A DNA stretch of 61,143 nt, counting the filler, from Squatina squatina (taxonomy: Eukaryota): assembly GCA_031763465.1 (NCBI GenBank). It is 4 parts of 3 records of this genome, joined end to end, with 100 filler letters (N's around TTAATTAATTAA, not from the genome) between each part and the next. Parts side by side here need not be neighbours in the genome. Positions count along the whole stretch, not along the records: positions 14,975 to 33,087 come from JARFOE010000001.1; positions 33,188 to 46,781 come from JARFOE010000001.1; 2 more parts are not named here. One strand, written 5' to 3'. The notes beneath the pieces are model-generated. The model did no database searches. It was not told the origin of the DNA and saw only the letters and a program-made list of their open reading frames with translations. Positions 23,900 to 35,836 of the stretch are shown in pieces. Both the position numbers and the translations under genes were made by a program. Position 1 is the stretch's first letter; each line of letters starts with the position of its first letter.

Positions 23900-24526
23900 A
23901 AAGAAAGGCCAGATAAAGTGGAAATAACTTCACCATCACAGTGTCCCATTGACATTTCCCGAAGGTGGAAACTGAGAGCCCTCGAGCCTGTTCTATCACT
24001 GAACCCCATTGACATGCACCCCACCGATTGCGCAATAGTCCCGGCGGGAGACCTCATTAGCATTCGGCAGGCGAACTGCGGACGGGAAACCAGTGCCCCA
24101 CCCCCGGGGAAACCCACCAGCTCAGGGCCAGAAGTAGGTAGACCTGCGGGGTGTGGGAGGGCATGTCCGCTCTCGGACACAGTCCAGCCTGGTTTTGTGG
24201 AGCTCGGAGGAGCCCTCCTGTACATAAAAACCATGGTGCGTTGTTCTGACCAAGGTCATCGTCGAATGGTCCACCAACTGATACTGGACACTGCGCACAG
24301 TCCACCCACTACTGACCTAAACTGGCAGCAGCGGCCCTGTGAACATTCGAGGACTCCAATTTGAATATTAAGATGGCTAACTCAGGCAAGTGCTCTGGCC
24401 ACCCAGCGGTGGACCCTGGGGAAGAAACCTATACTGTCAGTGGGAATGGGGTGGTAAGTCAATCCCCACCATTTTCTAGCACCATGTCCCCATTTATACC
24501 ACGGCAAATGCCTCAAAATCTCCCCC
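23900..24526. mobile_element. GC-rich Harbinger-like non-autonomous element (left boundary approximate)
   Basis: Ends CAAAATCTCCCCC, like the other elements of this class. Confidence 0.4.
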
Positions 24527-24781
24527 ATAGAGTGTAACTGCACTAATAAAGACTACAATGATAAATATTCAACTAAAAGTACCCGTAATTTAATATGATG
24601 TATCTACAATTGCAAACCCCAGCATTCAGGCCAGATCAGTGGTGATCAACAAAGGATGCATGATGTGCTCACATTCAAAAACAGTGCATGCAGATATCTC
24701 ACATATCTAACCAATTATTATTCACAATGTTATGCAATCAGTAGCGCTGATATAATAAGAGCTTGATTTTTTTTGTTACAG

Positions 24782-24904
24782 GGTGTTGGCACTGACGAGA
24801 ATACTCTCTCAAGAATCTTGGTCAGCAGGTCAGAAACTGACCTCCTGGACATTCAAGATGAGTACATGAAACTGTATGGCAAATCCTTGTACTCTACTAT
24901 CAAG
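24782..24904 (+). CDS. ANXA3: Annexin A3 penultimate coding exon (repeat IV)
   Basis: ttacAG/GTaagt; [41 protein letters not shown] contains the GxGTDE annexin motif; 123 nt, phase 0-0. Confidence 0.9.
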
Positions 24905-25532
24905 GTAAGTCTGCAGTCTTCATTGGTAAATACAACTTTTTCTGAACTGTGTTCCTCCTCATTCTCTGACATTGATGCCACTTGGTTCATTTCCATGTCC
25001 TTCAGCTGATACAATAGGCCTTTAGAATTCTCCAAGATTAGCAATAACTGAAGCGGATAAAACTTCAGAATGAATTAATTAACGCTCACAATAATTCTGG
25101 GACATGAATGTAAATATGCTACAATATTGGCCTTTCTGGTTAAACTATAAATAAGCATTGTGTCTTCCATAGCTCACAATGAGGTAGCCAACAGTAAACT
25201 GCTGAAAGTACATACCAAAACTCACTCACTTCAGAGTCAAATCCTGTTTATTATTTTACTAAGATGTACACTTCCTAACGTGACTTAATTCGGGTGAGAG
25301 TTTGATAATGGATTCTAGTAGGGCATAAAATCTGATTTCTTTTTACATGATCATGCGGTTGATAGATTTTAAAATAAGACTTTCCAGTGACACAGATACA
25401 TTCATATTGGGGCTAATTATGTAATCCTATCANNNNNNNNNNNNNNNNNNNNNNNNNNNNNNNNNNNNNNNNNNNNNNNNNNNNNNNNNNNNNNNNNNNN
25501 NNNNNNNNNNNNNNNNNNNNNNNNNNNNNNNN

Positions 25533-25690
25533 CTGCGAATGGATGCTGTAAATCTGAAATGTCAGCATAAAATGCTGGAAATACTCCAGTAGCTCAAGCA
25601 ATATCTCATCCTGAGTTGTGAACTCTGTTTCTCTCTCCATGGATGTTGCCTGACCTGCTGAGTATTTGCAGCATTTCCTGTTTTCTTAGA
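25533..25690. repeat. Penelope-like inverted terminal repeat remnant
   Basis: AAATGCTGGAAATACTC...CTCTGTTTCTCTCTCCA...CCTGACCTGCTGAGTATTTGCAGCATTT; self-complementary ends. Confidence 0.55.
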
Positions 25691-26148
25691 GGCTTTCCTT
25701 TATCATCTGAGGCCTTGCAAGCATCCAGCAGCACTCCGCATGCACTTAAAATGTTTTTAACATCTATTGGAGCAAGCCACTACTTCAATAATTTTTTTTA
25801 AAAAACAGCCCAAAAGCTTAAATGCAGTCTTACCTGAAAGATGTATGTGTCCCTTTAAGAGGTGCTGATAGCGCCTCTGTCAGTATCTTTGCATGCTGGG
25901 TTTCCCTGCCGTGGTTATGTCCCAGTGCTGAACAGAGCGCTAGGGTCAAAGTTGGCCATGGTAACTTTAAGTTGCCGTCGTACGCTGACTGACATCGCCA
26001 ATCTGCCCGTTTTCTCAGGGCACTAATACTTACCAGCAACGCTATGGGGAGGACCAAACTGGAGGAGGCCATGGGACCACCAGCTGACGAATCTTTCGTC
26101 ATTATTTGACATTAACGGGTGGCGTAAAGCCCCCGAATTTTTCGCCCA
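25690..26148. mobile_element. Harbinger-derived fragment
   Basis: CCCTTTAA and TGACATC motifs; ends CCCCGAATTTTTCGCCC. Confidence 0.4.
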
Positions 26149-26983
26149 AAGTAACAGTGAAAACATTATAATGTAGATTTTCAGACATTAAAGAGGTACG
26201 AATTTGTAGAGGCCCTCATTTTTAAAGAGTTGAATGTAGAAACTTCATGCTGGCACAAAAATTATATTTATTTATTTTAGTAAAAATGTTACTTATTTCA
26301 CTAAACATGGTGTTTAGTGGCACAGAAACGAAATAGCCCTGCATACCCTTTATGTATTGTTGATAAAATTTATTATCCCAGGTAGTTTATTACAACTAAC
26401 CAAGAAATAAAGCACTGCACTTATTAATAACCAGTAATGTTGTTGAAATAGGGAACATGACAAGTTTGCTGCTTTCACATACATTGTGGACCTAAAAAGG
26501 AAGTATGGCTGCCAACGACAGGATGCAGGTCACCAGGAAGGATGGCTGTAGTTTTTATAACAATAAGGAAAAAAAATTAATCATTTTTGGAGGTTAAATG
26601 TGCTTGAACATGAATTGTTTACAGAGCTGTGCCTGATTAAACTGTGTTTACACTTTGTTAACATTCAGTGGAAAAATGTTACCAACTGACATTTACGTTT
26701 AACAGGAAATGAAAATCTTTGAAGTTTGAGGGTATTTTTTAACTTACTGCTTCATTTTTGTGCACACTGCATGTTCAGCAGGAATATACAAGGTAACTCA
26801 GTTGCAAAACAATAAAATGATACTGTGTATGTGGGATATATCTGGCCTGAAGCAATTTCCCATGAGCCAGCGGCAGTTGAAATNNNNNNNNNNNNNNNNN
26901 NNNNNNNNNNNNNNNNNNNNNNNNNNNNNNNNNNNNNNNNNNNNNNNNNNNNNNNNNNNNNNNNNNNNNNNNNNNNNNNNNNN

Positions 26984-27352
26984 GTTGCGAAGTTGCTTCT
27001 CCACTTTTGAACCATGAAGAAATTCTCCCGCATCTCGAAGCCCGAGGGAGCGGGTTATATCGGAGCTGGAGGAGGAGGAGGCGGCGGCGGCGGCTCGATG
27101 GGAAGTGCCAGTAACTACCTGGGCAGAGTGTTTAGCGTGGGACGTTACCAGGTGACGGTGGAGGAGCTCCTCGCCGAAGGTGGGTTGGAGCCGGGGTGGG
27201 AGGGGGTGAAGGGGGCGGGGAGAGACCGTTCTGCAGCCACACGCTCTGTGGGGGGGGGGGGGTGTAGGGGCAGCAGTCGCGGGCTGTGACAGTCTGGGCT
27301 GGATGGAGCGGAATCCGGCCCGGCATCTCGTTTTAAACCACCGACCTGACGC
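26984..27352. promoter_or_regulatory. CpG-island-like region over BMP2K exon 1
   Basis: Local high GC and CpG in AT-rich flanks; the upstream promoter falls in the gap. Confidence 0.5.
27014..27179 (+). CDS. BMP2K: BMP-2-inducible kinase, first coding exon
   Basis: accATG; MKKFSRISKPEG-polyGly-SMGSASNYLGRVFSVGRYQVTVEELLAE(G); GTgggt donor; CpG-rich; downstream of ANXA3 (AAK1 paralogue less likely). Confidence 0.9.
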
Positions 27353-28249
27353 TTTTTTTTTTAAAAAACTCCATGAAGGCTTCTATTTTATTTTCAACAT
27401 TATTTACAAAAGCTCGTTTGAGAAAAGTCAGGCAGAGTTTGAAACAAAAAGATTTGTGATATCGTGGTGCTGCCATGTATGAACTCCAGATAGTTTAAAA
27501 TGACACTTCACTCACTTATCTTTTATACCCATTTGCCCCGTGCTCTATGTGGAATTTTATTTTAATGTTGTCTTTTTTTGATCCCTTAGCCACCGGTGTG
27601 TTTTAATGTAAGTGTTACAAATTTCAGTTTTTTTTCCTCTGCAGTCCTGCACGTGCAAATCAAACTTATAAAGTACACTTGAAGAATGTGTGTAGCATGT
27701 CAGTCAGTGGAGCTTCACTGTACAACAGGAAAATAAACATTACTGTAAAGCACAAGTGCTTTGACAGTATGTTTCTGTCCAGTATATTGGGTCTGAAGCC
27801 GGTTAAATTTACTTGAATTAGGGGTTGCTGCACTGGTTTGTTTTTCCTCTCAGAAGTAGTGGTGATTAAGTGCAGTAAATTATCTGACCAGTAGAAGTTG
27901 ACAGGAAGTGTTTGCGTTAGCACTGTTCTGAGAAGGACGTATACTTACAAGAAATATATTTTTTACAGTATCAAAACTAATTTGTTACAGTATTTCACAA
28001 CTTGCACAGTACATACAGTGACCAAACTGGAAAATAGAATATGTAACATTGTATTTCAGTTGAAGTTAAGTACATGAAAGCTATTTATTCGAGCATGAAT
28101 GATACCTAGTTACTATGAACAAAATTATTTTATACAAAAACCTGATCATCTAGCTCTTGTGCTATGCAAATTTGTGTTAGATAAAAATGATTTCTGAGTA
28201 GTCCTTTAACATGGTGCAGCAGTTCCTCTGCAGTTAATAACCAGGTTAC

Positions 28250-28710
28250 CACACATCCTCAACATATTAGATTCTGAGCTTCCAACCTCCTACCCTCTCC
28301 ACCACAAAGATTACTTAATTCCATATTGGAAACATCACTCACCTTAGTTTTTACTGNNNNNNNNNNTCCACCCTCCATAACCTACAGCTCAACCAAAACC
28401 CTGGTGCCTGTATCTTATCCTACACCCAGGTCACATTTGCCCATCACACCTACCCTCACGAATGTACATTGTCTCGTCAAGTGGATCAAACTAAATTCTC
28501 GGCCTTGTGTTTAAATCTCTCTCGTGTCAGTGCCTTCAGCTGCCTAGGTCCTATACTTATGGAATTCTCTCAATAAACCTTTTTAAGATTCCTCTTTTTG
28601 GTTACCCCACTGATCTCTCCTTTGTTAACTCAGTGTCTGTTATCCTTATGCCTCTGAAGTGCTTTGGAATGTTTTCCTCTGTTAAAGATCCTATTTTAAA
28701 TGCAAGGCAT
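28250..28710 (+). mobile_element. Decayed L2 LINE 3' portion
   Basis: RSHLPITPTLTNVHCL (L2-type HITP.L..LHWL motif); tail GTGCTTTGGAATGTTTT...TAAATGCAAG. Confidence 0.6.
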
Positions 28711-29590
28711 TGGTGTCATATTGTAGTGACTTGATCTGCACATATCAGCTAAGTTTCTCTTTTAAATGTTACTATTCTTCCAAAACGATCTGCTTAATGT
28801 TTAGCAGCTTTATAGTCCCTTTGATTAATGCAGAGCTTTACCAGAAAATTTGCAGTTGCTGCTGTTGTAAGCTATAAAAGTCCCTGGGTTTTTAAAAAAA
28901 AAACTGAAAGGGGAAGAAGCACAATCTACCTTTGCTGGTATCTCAGCCTATAGAAGGCTGCACCCTATGACTTCATAACTTTTGACTGTCCACTTTGTCA
29001 GATATGTCGAGCTGTTTAGTTTATTGGACGTGTTTCTTGGGTTGGTTTTGTCCTTGTCCTTTCCACATGGTTGCTTTCTACTTTCGTAACTTGGAACCTA
29101 ATTCCCAATTTTCTGCCCAATTACATCCCACTAAAAATATTGAATGCAGTCATGTTGCATCAAAACAATTCTGGCTCTGACTGAGGAAAGTTTTTGATGT
29201 GTTATAAATTTTGAATTGCATGGATCATCAATTACAGGTTCCCAGGAAAAGGGCAAAGAGAGAACTTCGATAAACCTGTAACTTGCAGCTTAGTGGTGGC
29301 TGAACCTTCAAGCATTTAACTCTTAGAACTTGTTACACAGCACCTGGTGTTCTCAGAATGAGTTAACATGGATTTGAAATGTAGTCACTGTTACATAGGT
29401 ACGGTAGCCAATTTGCACATAGTAAGGTTGCACAATTGCAAATGAATGATCAGAAAATCTGTTTTGGTGGTTCTTGTTCCTCCTGCTGCANNNNNNNNNN
29501 NNNNNNNNNNNNNNNNNNNNNNNNNNNNNNNNNNNNNNNNNNNNNNNNNNNNNNNNNNNNNNNNNNNNNNNNNNNNNNNNNNNNNNNNNN

Positions 29591-29924
29591 CTGGGAATGG
29601 TTTTAAAGTAATGTCCCATTAATTTTTTTGATTTTAAATTTTTTAACAACTCTTACACTGGTAAAACTAAGCAGATACGCTTGGTTTTACCATGCGTAAA
29701 AATCTTTCACAGATTTCCAACGCAAGGTTTGCAAAAATCTAGCAAATCTCAGCGCTGGGAATCAGTTATGCAGCCTAAGCATTGAATCTGTCGAAGAATC
29801 TTGACAGATTGCAAGTGCTGGTTCTGCGGGCTTACGCTGATCAGCCACAGAACCGGCATTTGCAATGTCTCCCCGGGTGCGTGGGAGCATCATTCCCACA
29901 CGGGAAGATCGCAATTTCAGGCCC
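29591..29924. mobile_element. MITE right arm
   Basis: About 90 bp highly similar to 45675-45767 (CTTACG...ACCGGC.TTTGC.ATGTCTCCCC.GGTGCGTGGGA.CATCATTCCCAC...GCAATTTCAGG.CC). Confidence 0.6.
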
Positions 29925-32189
29925 AATGTTTCAAATTCATTTAGTTGTGGTCTTTGTTGATTTTATAGATTAATATCATGTGTGGTTTCAGAGGGAGAGT
30001 GGACTGGCAGGTCGTTTTGCAATCATTCATTATTATAAGTTTTCAAAATGTAAATTTTTGGCAATGTCTGAAAGATCTTCAGACTTCTGTCAGTAGGCAC
30101 ATGATTGAGATTTTGATGTATGTGAGTTTTATTGCCAGAATTGAAATAGCAGAGTATGTGGTATAGTTCCATTTTTCTGAAGAATGCAGGATAATGAATT
30201 ACAGTTTTCCACTGCTTTTCTTTTTGTATCGGTTTCTTAAAGTTTTCCATATTCTCTAGTCTGGAAATAGTCAAAAGTTTTGAACAGAGATTCCCAAATT
30301 CTATTTTGATTTTCTTAGGATTATAATTAAGATTTTACTTTTTTATACTTTGCTGTGTCTTGGGAGGGGGTATTCATTAGTTGTAGCTTTAGTAACTGAA
30401 CTTGCAGGAGGGAGAAATTAATTATACATATTTAAGTTCTGCTTTCATTTATATTGCTTTTTCACATTTTTTGGGAAAATACATGGTCAGAACATAAATT
30501 TTTAACTTTTTAACCTTTTTTTTTATAGTTTTCAAATTCAGTTCTTTTGAGTTCCACGGTTGAAATTTGGCCTGCAGAATTATTTCGTTTTTTTTTTTTG
30601 AAATACACATTTTGAATGTGGAAAAGTGCAGTACACAGCAATTTTTTCTGTCTGTAGTTCTACAGCTCTTGTATCTTCATGGTTGACACTCAGTTATTGC
30701 ATGCAAAAAGTTTGTCTTAATAAATGACTGGTTCTGTAGCCAGTCCAACAAGTGGCTCACTTTGGAATGTGTTGCACAAGCATTCCAGTTCATTATCTCA
30801 TTTGAAGTATGAAAATATTGATTACATATATTCAGTACTAAAATTAAAACCAATAAAGCAGGAGTGTTAAGCTCTGTATGTATATCTACTTAAAGTAGAA
30901 TTTCTGTATCTGTATATTTTAAGTGAATTAAAAGATCTGCAATATGATTCATGTTCCTTTGTTAAAAGGAGTCCCTGGATCATTGCAATGAGATATTTAG
31001 AGTACTGGCAAATTAAGGTCATGACTATTCTAATTAGTTATGTTTCAATGTCAGAGAAGTTATGGTTTTCACCAATAATTTCTGATTCTGTAGAATCTCG
31101 TACAATGGCACTAAGTTCCACATTCTCCACCTCCCACAAGAATAAGCCTACATTGACATCATGTGGGCTTAGTTCCTTTTAAAACAGGGGTGGTGATGTC
31201 TTGACACTGAGACTTAACCTGTGATCTTGGCTTCCTACAATTTTTTTTTTAAATGCCTCTGGTCTGACTAATTCTTTTCCTTGTGGGTAGGCTTATGCTG
31301 TGTTAGTTTCCTGCCTGTCATTTCCTGTGAATTAGTTGAAGTTTGTTGTCTTATGGATTTGCACAATCCATGTTTCCCTGAAAAGAAATTTAAATGTTTG
31401 CATCAATAGGATAGATGTATCTTCCACCTGATCGTGCTCGAAGTAAGAATAGCTTGTCATGTACAAGATTCTTGCCTATCTTCTTGCCAAGGTTAACTGT
31501 GTAGATGCTTGTCTGGGGATCTTTTCTTCTGTTGCTGGAAATTTCCCTGTCGGGCACTGAACAGTTGTCATTCCCTTTCATTCCCCTTTACAGAGGAAGA
31601 CTTCATAGGTCCAGGGGGCAGAATAGTGGACAAGCTCTTTCNNNNNNNNNNNNNNNNNNNNNNNNNNNNNNNNNNNNNNNNNNNNNNNNNNNNNNNNNNN
31701 NNNNNNNNNNNNNNNNNNNNNNNNNNNNNNNNNNNNNNNNNAGTGTGCTATTGTTGGAGTCCAGAGGTATCAGATATGGAATGAAGAAAGTGTGAAAAAT
31801 TGCAGTGGATCTTTATTATTTGAGTGGAAGTAAACCACTGTGCCCACCTGTCCTTTTTGTGAGGTTAATTGTGTTTGTAATCAGTTTGTTTATTTGAGTT
31901 AATTACTTTTTGTACATTGAGTGCCTTTGCTTCTGAACAGACAGTGCCCATGGTAAGTGTCCCATAAATATGATGTGGGAAGGAGAATCATATGGGTAAT
32001 CTCATAACTTGATTCAGACATGTTAATGAATATTGGCTGCACCATTATTCTGTGACCTGAGCTAAATTATAGTGGAGGATATTTTCATTTGAAAAATAAA
32101 AACAAGGTAGGAAAATCTCATTCATTTTGAGAATTGAGCAGACCTTGCCAGTTTGTCTTTTTGAATTGAATTTATGTTGATAGCATTAG

Positions 32190-32360
<171 letters not shown>

Positions 32361-33019
32361 TAAGTCCTGTTTTATTGTATTCCTTTAAGCTTTACCTAAG
32401 ATGCATTTTACACTATTCTGAAAGATGCAATAGAATTCTGTGGTGCTGCCTGTTGGTCATTGCAAGAATGACTGGACCCCAGAAATCTTGCCCTTTGCTC
32501 TCCCCTCAACTAGCTTCCACAATTATCTCCCGATTGTCACTTTTCCACTAATGTCTTCCATACACAGACCTTTCCATCACCATTATAACACTGTTAACAG
32601 TAATTCTATGTTTTTAACCTTTCTGATGCCTACATATCAATTTTTTTAACTTTACTCTTTCCTTGTTTAGTTTGGATGCCAAAAATTGGATTCATTTTTA
32701 ATAACTTTTCTTCTATTAACTGTGAACTGTGCAAATTGCACCAATTCAGTGTGCTCCTTGACCTGAGAAAAATGCATAAAGTAGTTTCCAGAACAAAGAA
32801 CTGCTCAGACTGGTATCAATGTTGAACTTGTGCACTGTAATGGCATATCAGTTCATAACATAGTATTATGATTTACCGATTTCCTTAAGTAGTTGCAATA
32901 TGTGCACCCTTTGAAGAATGAAAAATTTAAGTGCGGAGCACCTCCTTTGGTTCATCAATTCCAACTTAAATACGCTAGGTGTGTATCATATCTTTCCATA
33001 GTCATACTGACCAAATGAA

Positions 33020-33087
33020 GAAACATAGAAACATAGAAAATAGGTGCAGGAGTAGGCCATTAGGCCCTTCGAGCCTGCACCGCCATT
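33020..33087 (-). mobile_element. CR1 LINE extreme 3' end
   Basis: GAAACATAGAAACATAGAAAATAGGTGCAGGAGTAGGCCATT... Confidence 0.75.
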
Positions 33088-33187
33088 NNNNNNNNNNNNN
33101 NNNNNNNNNNNNNNNNNNNNNNNNNNNNNNNTTAATTAATTAANNNNNNNNNNNNNNNNNNNNNNNNNNNNNNNNNNNNNNNNNNNN
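33088..33187. other. Artificial scaffold-joining linker
   Basis: N44-TTAATTAATTAA-N44. Confidence 0.95.
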
Positions 33188-34311
33188 TTTATGTCTCTTT
33201 TGCTTTGCTGTTCATTCCAAAATGTTGATTCCCTTCCAACCGATAATCTGCCTCATCTTAGACCTGCTTTCCCCCCAGCCCTCCCCCGACTTATCTCGCT
33301 TATATGATCCTTGATTGCTGTCTCAACAGTCTTTACTCGTATTTGGTTTAGGCGCATCAGGACCAACTAATGTCTCCCATTACATGCTGCTTGATTCTCT
33401 TAATTATATTTCTGAAACCATTAATTTCAGCTCAGCTGCTGAAAGTGCCTTGTTTCAGGATAGGACTATCTTTACTAAGTTTGCAGTTGGATTCAGTTCA
33501 GCCTCCTGATGCAATTGGGGCAGAAAATGCCACGCATTCTTTGGATGGTTTGTCGAGGACCTTTCAATCGTATGCCACAATTCCAACTGGAACTCCTTAC
33601 CGTAACAGGGCTTGAATTCGATGTCCTCCTCCCTCTCCACTCCATCAAGCTATCAGCCAGTAAAGCTCAATCAATGCTCTCCCCCCACCACACCGCAACT
33701 GAAAGCACAGCCGCCAACGGTTGAGCGATGATAATCATGTTTAGTTTAGGCACGCAAAGAAGGTGTGTAGAAATACGATAAGCGATTTCAAACATTGTTT
33801 TTTAATCAAAAGTGAAGTAGGATGTTGCTAATCTCAGATGATGTTCCAAACCATGCATCTAAATTCTGCTACATCCTCAAAGAATTCCAACGTTCGTGCT
33901 TTCACGTGAGTCGTGCAAATCGATAATTTGTTTGGAATTATTTACTCTTACACTAATTAAATGCTCCAGGTTCACTTTATAAGCTAATTGGTCCATAGCC
34001 CCTGGGATAACGCACCTGGACTTTATGCCAAGATAAATTGGAGGCGCTTTCAATAATTCGATTATTCAGGCACCACCCTGCATTTAATGAGCTGTGAAAG
34101 GTTTCAACCTCAGCTTGTCCCCACTTCCGTCCTCACTTTCTTAAGCATTTTCAGATTGATTACCTGTGAGCATACAAGCAATCTAGAATGTTAAGGGCCA
34201 TTCGGAAACTTCTGTTTCTTTCTGAGCAACTCGTAAGTATCCACCACCTATACCATGACCTGAGCCTATAATCTAGGCCGACATTCCAGAGCAGTACAGT
34301 CTGACTGTACA

Positions 34312-34559
34312 GAAAGAAAAGCTCGCGTTTCTGTAGCACCTTTCATGACCTCAGGATGTCCCAAATCATTTTACAGCCAATGAAGTACTTTTGAAGTGTA
34401 GCCACTGTTGTAATGTTACCATCGTGGCAGCAAGACCCAACAAACAACAATGTGATAATGACCAGATAATCTATTTTAGTGATGTTGATTAAGGGATACA
34501 TATTGCCCAGAACTCCCCTGTTTTTCTTCCAAATAGTAATATGGGATCTTTTACATCCA
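34312..34559 (-). mobile_element. Deu-domain tRNA-SINE (SacSINE1-like), 3' part
   Basis: Reverse-complement match to the 3' half of 40583-41020. Confidence 0.7.
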
Positions 34560-34939
34560 NNNNNNNNNNNNNNNNNNNNNNNNNNNNNNNNNNNNNNNNN
34601 NNNNNNNNNNNNNNNNNNNNNNNNNNNNNNNNNNNNNNNNNNNNNNNNNNNNNNNNNNNCCAGACTTAAGCCTAAAGTTCTAAGAGCTGAACTTTGCACC
34701 CAACTATTCTTCCGCTAGTGCCAGAAGAATAGGGCAATCGAATTGGGTGCCCTTGCAGTCTTCCATTTCTTTTTAGGGCAAGGAAGAAGCAATCTTAAGG
34801 GAGACAGCTAGTTAAAGCTCTAAAATAAAGTGCAAAAAACATTTCAATGGAAGACCAATCAAAACTAAACATACGAATCTCTACGTAACATAATGAAACT
34901 TAAGGTTCCAGCATTAACCTTCCTCAGCTGCTGTTCAAA

Positions 34940-35575
34940 GGGATAGAATTTCTGTAGTGGTCCATTTGGGGCAATAATTTTTGAAATCTCCGAAAAGTAT
35001 CTTCAGGTGATAAACATTTTTTGCTCCCGGGAAATTCAGCTTTAGCGCTCCAAGGGGTAAGTGGAGCGCTAAATCAAGCGCTAACCACTTCTCTAAGATG
35101 CGTGAGTGGGACGGTAGCGGCAGAGCGCTGACGAATGTGCAGTGCAGTGCTACCGGCATCAGAGGCTGCTTCCCTCGCTTAAAGGGAAGGCCCAGTGATG
35201 GTTTACAACATTCTTCCACTTAGTGCTGCATGGCCAGGGGACCTGCGCGACTGCCATTACAGCCCCAATCACTCTCCAAGAGTGGAGGGCTTGGACATCG
35301 CACAGCAGGGAGGCTTCAAACACTTTCAGCAGGCACCAGACGGGTGCAAAGAATAAAATTTGCTAACGGGACGCTGCGCACTTGATGACGTCACGATCTA
35401 CCGGGCGCTAGAGACCCGAGGCGGTAAGTGTTAGCGCCAGCGCTAAACCAGTAGGGAAGTTCGCGGACGCTGCTGAATTCACCGTGCCCGGTCGGTAACC
35501 CATTAGCGTCCCGCTATCTCCACTCCCACCCCCCAGACACTAACAGGAAGCACAAAGCAGCCAAATTTCTCCACC
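34940..35575 (-). mobile_element. Harbinger-like MITE, same family as 4454-5183
   Basis: Revcomp of the right end (GGTGGAGAAATTTGGCTGCTTTGTGCTTCCTGTTAGTGTCTGGGG) matches the 4454 left end; many AGCGCTAA motifs; TGACGTCA at 35386. Confidence 0.65.
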
Positions 35576-35654
35576 AATATGGTTTTTCTCCCCCTAATTC
35601 TGTTATTTACCCAGAATTACATCGAATTTGCAACACAGAAGCAGGCCGTTCAGT

Positions 35655-35836
35655 TAGGGTGATCTTAAGATTGCCAAATTGGGACAACCAGTTCTCCGCT
35701 GGGACTGCGCATGCGCAGAGGAGTGAGCAAAAAAAAAAGGGACATTTGTGCAACCTTGAAATAATTGTCAGGACACCGGGACGTTTCGTGAAAAACTGGG
35801 ACTGCCCCGGCAAAACCGAGACGTCTGGTCACCCTA
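35655..35836. mobile_element. hAT-Blackjack-like MITE
   Basis: TIRs TAGGGTGATC and GGTCACCCTA, repeated internal GGGAC motifs; 8-bp flanks match only 4 of 8. Confidence 0.55.

Noticed and set aside
23888-24364. 158-aa ORF and similar 80-150-aa ORFs in GC-rich blocks
   Set aside because: They lie within MITE-like repeats and have no recognisable domains or splice context
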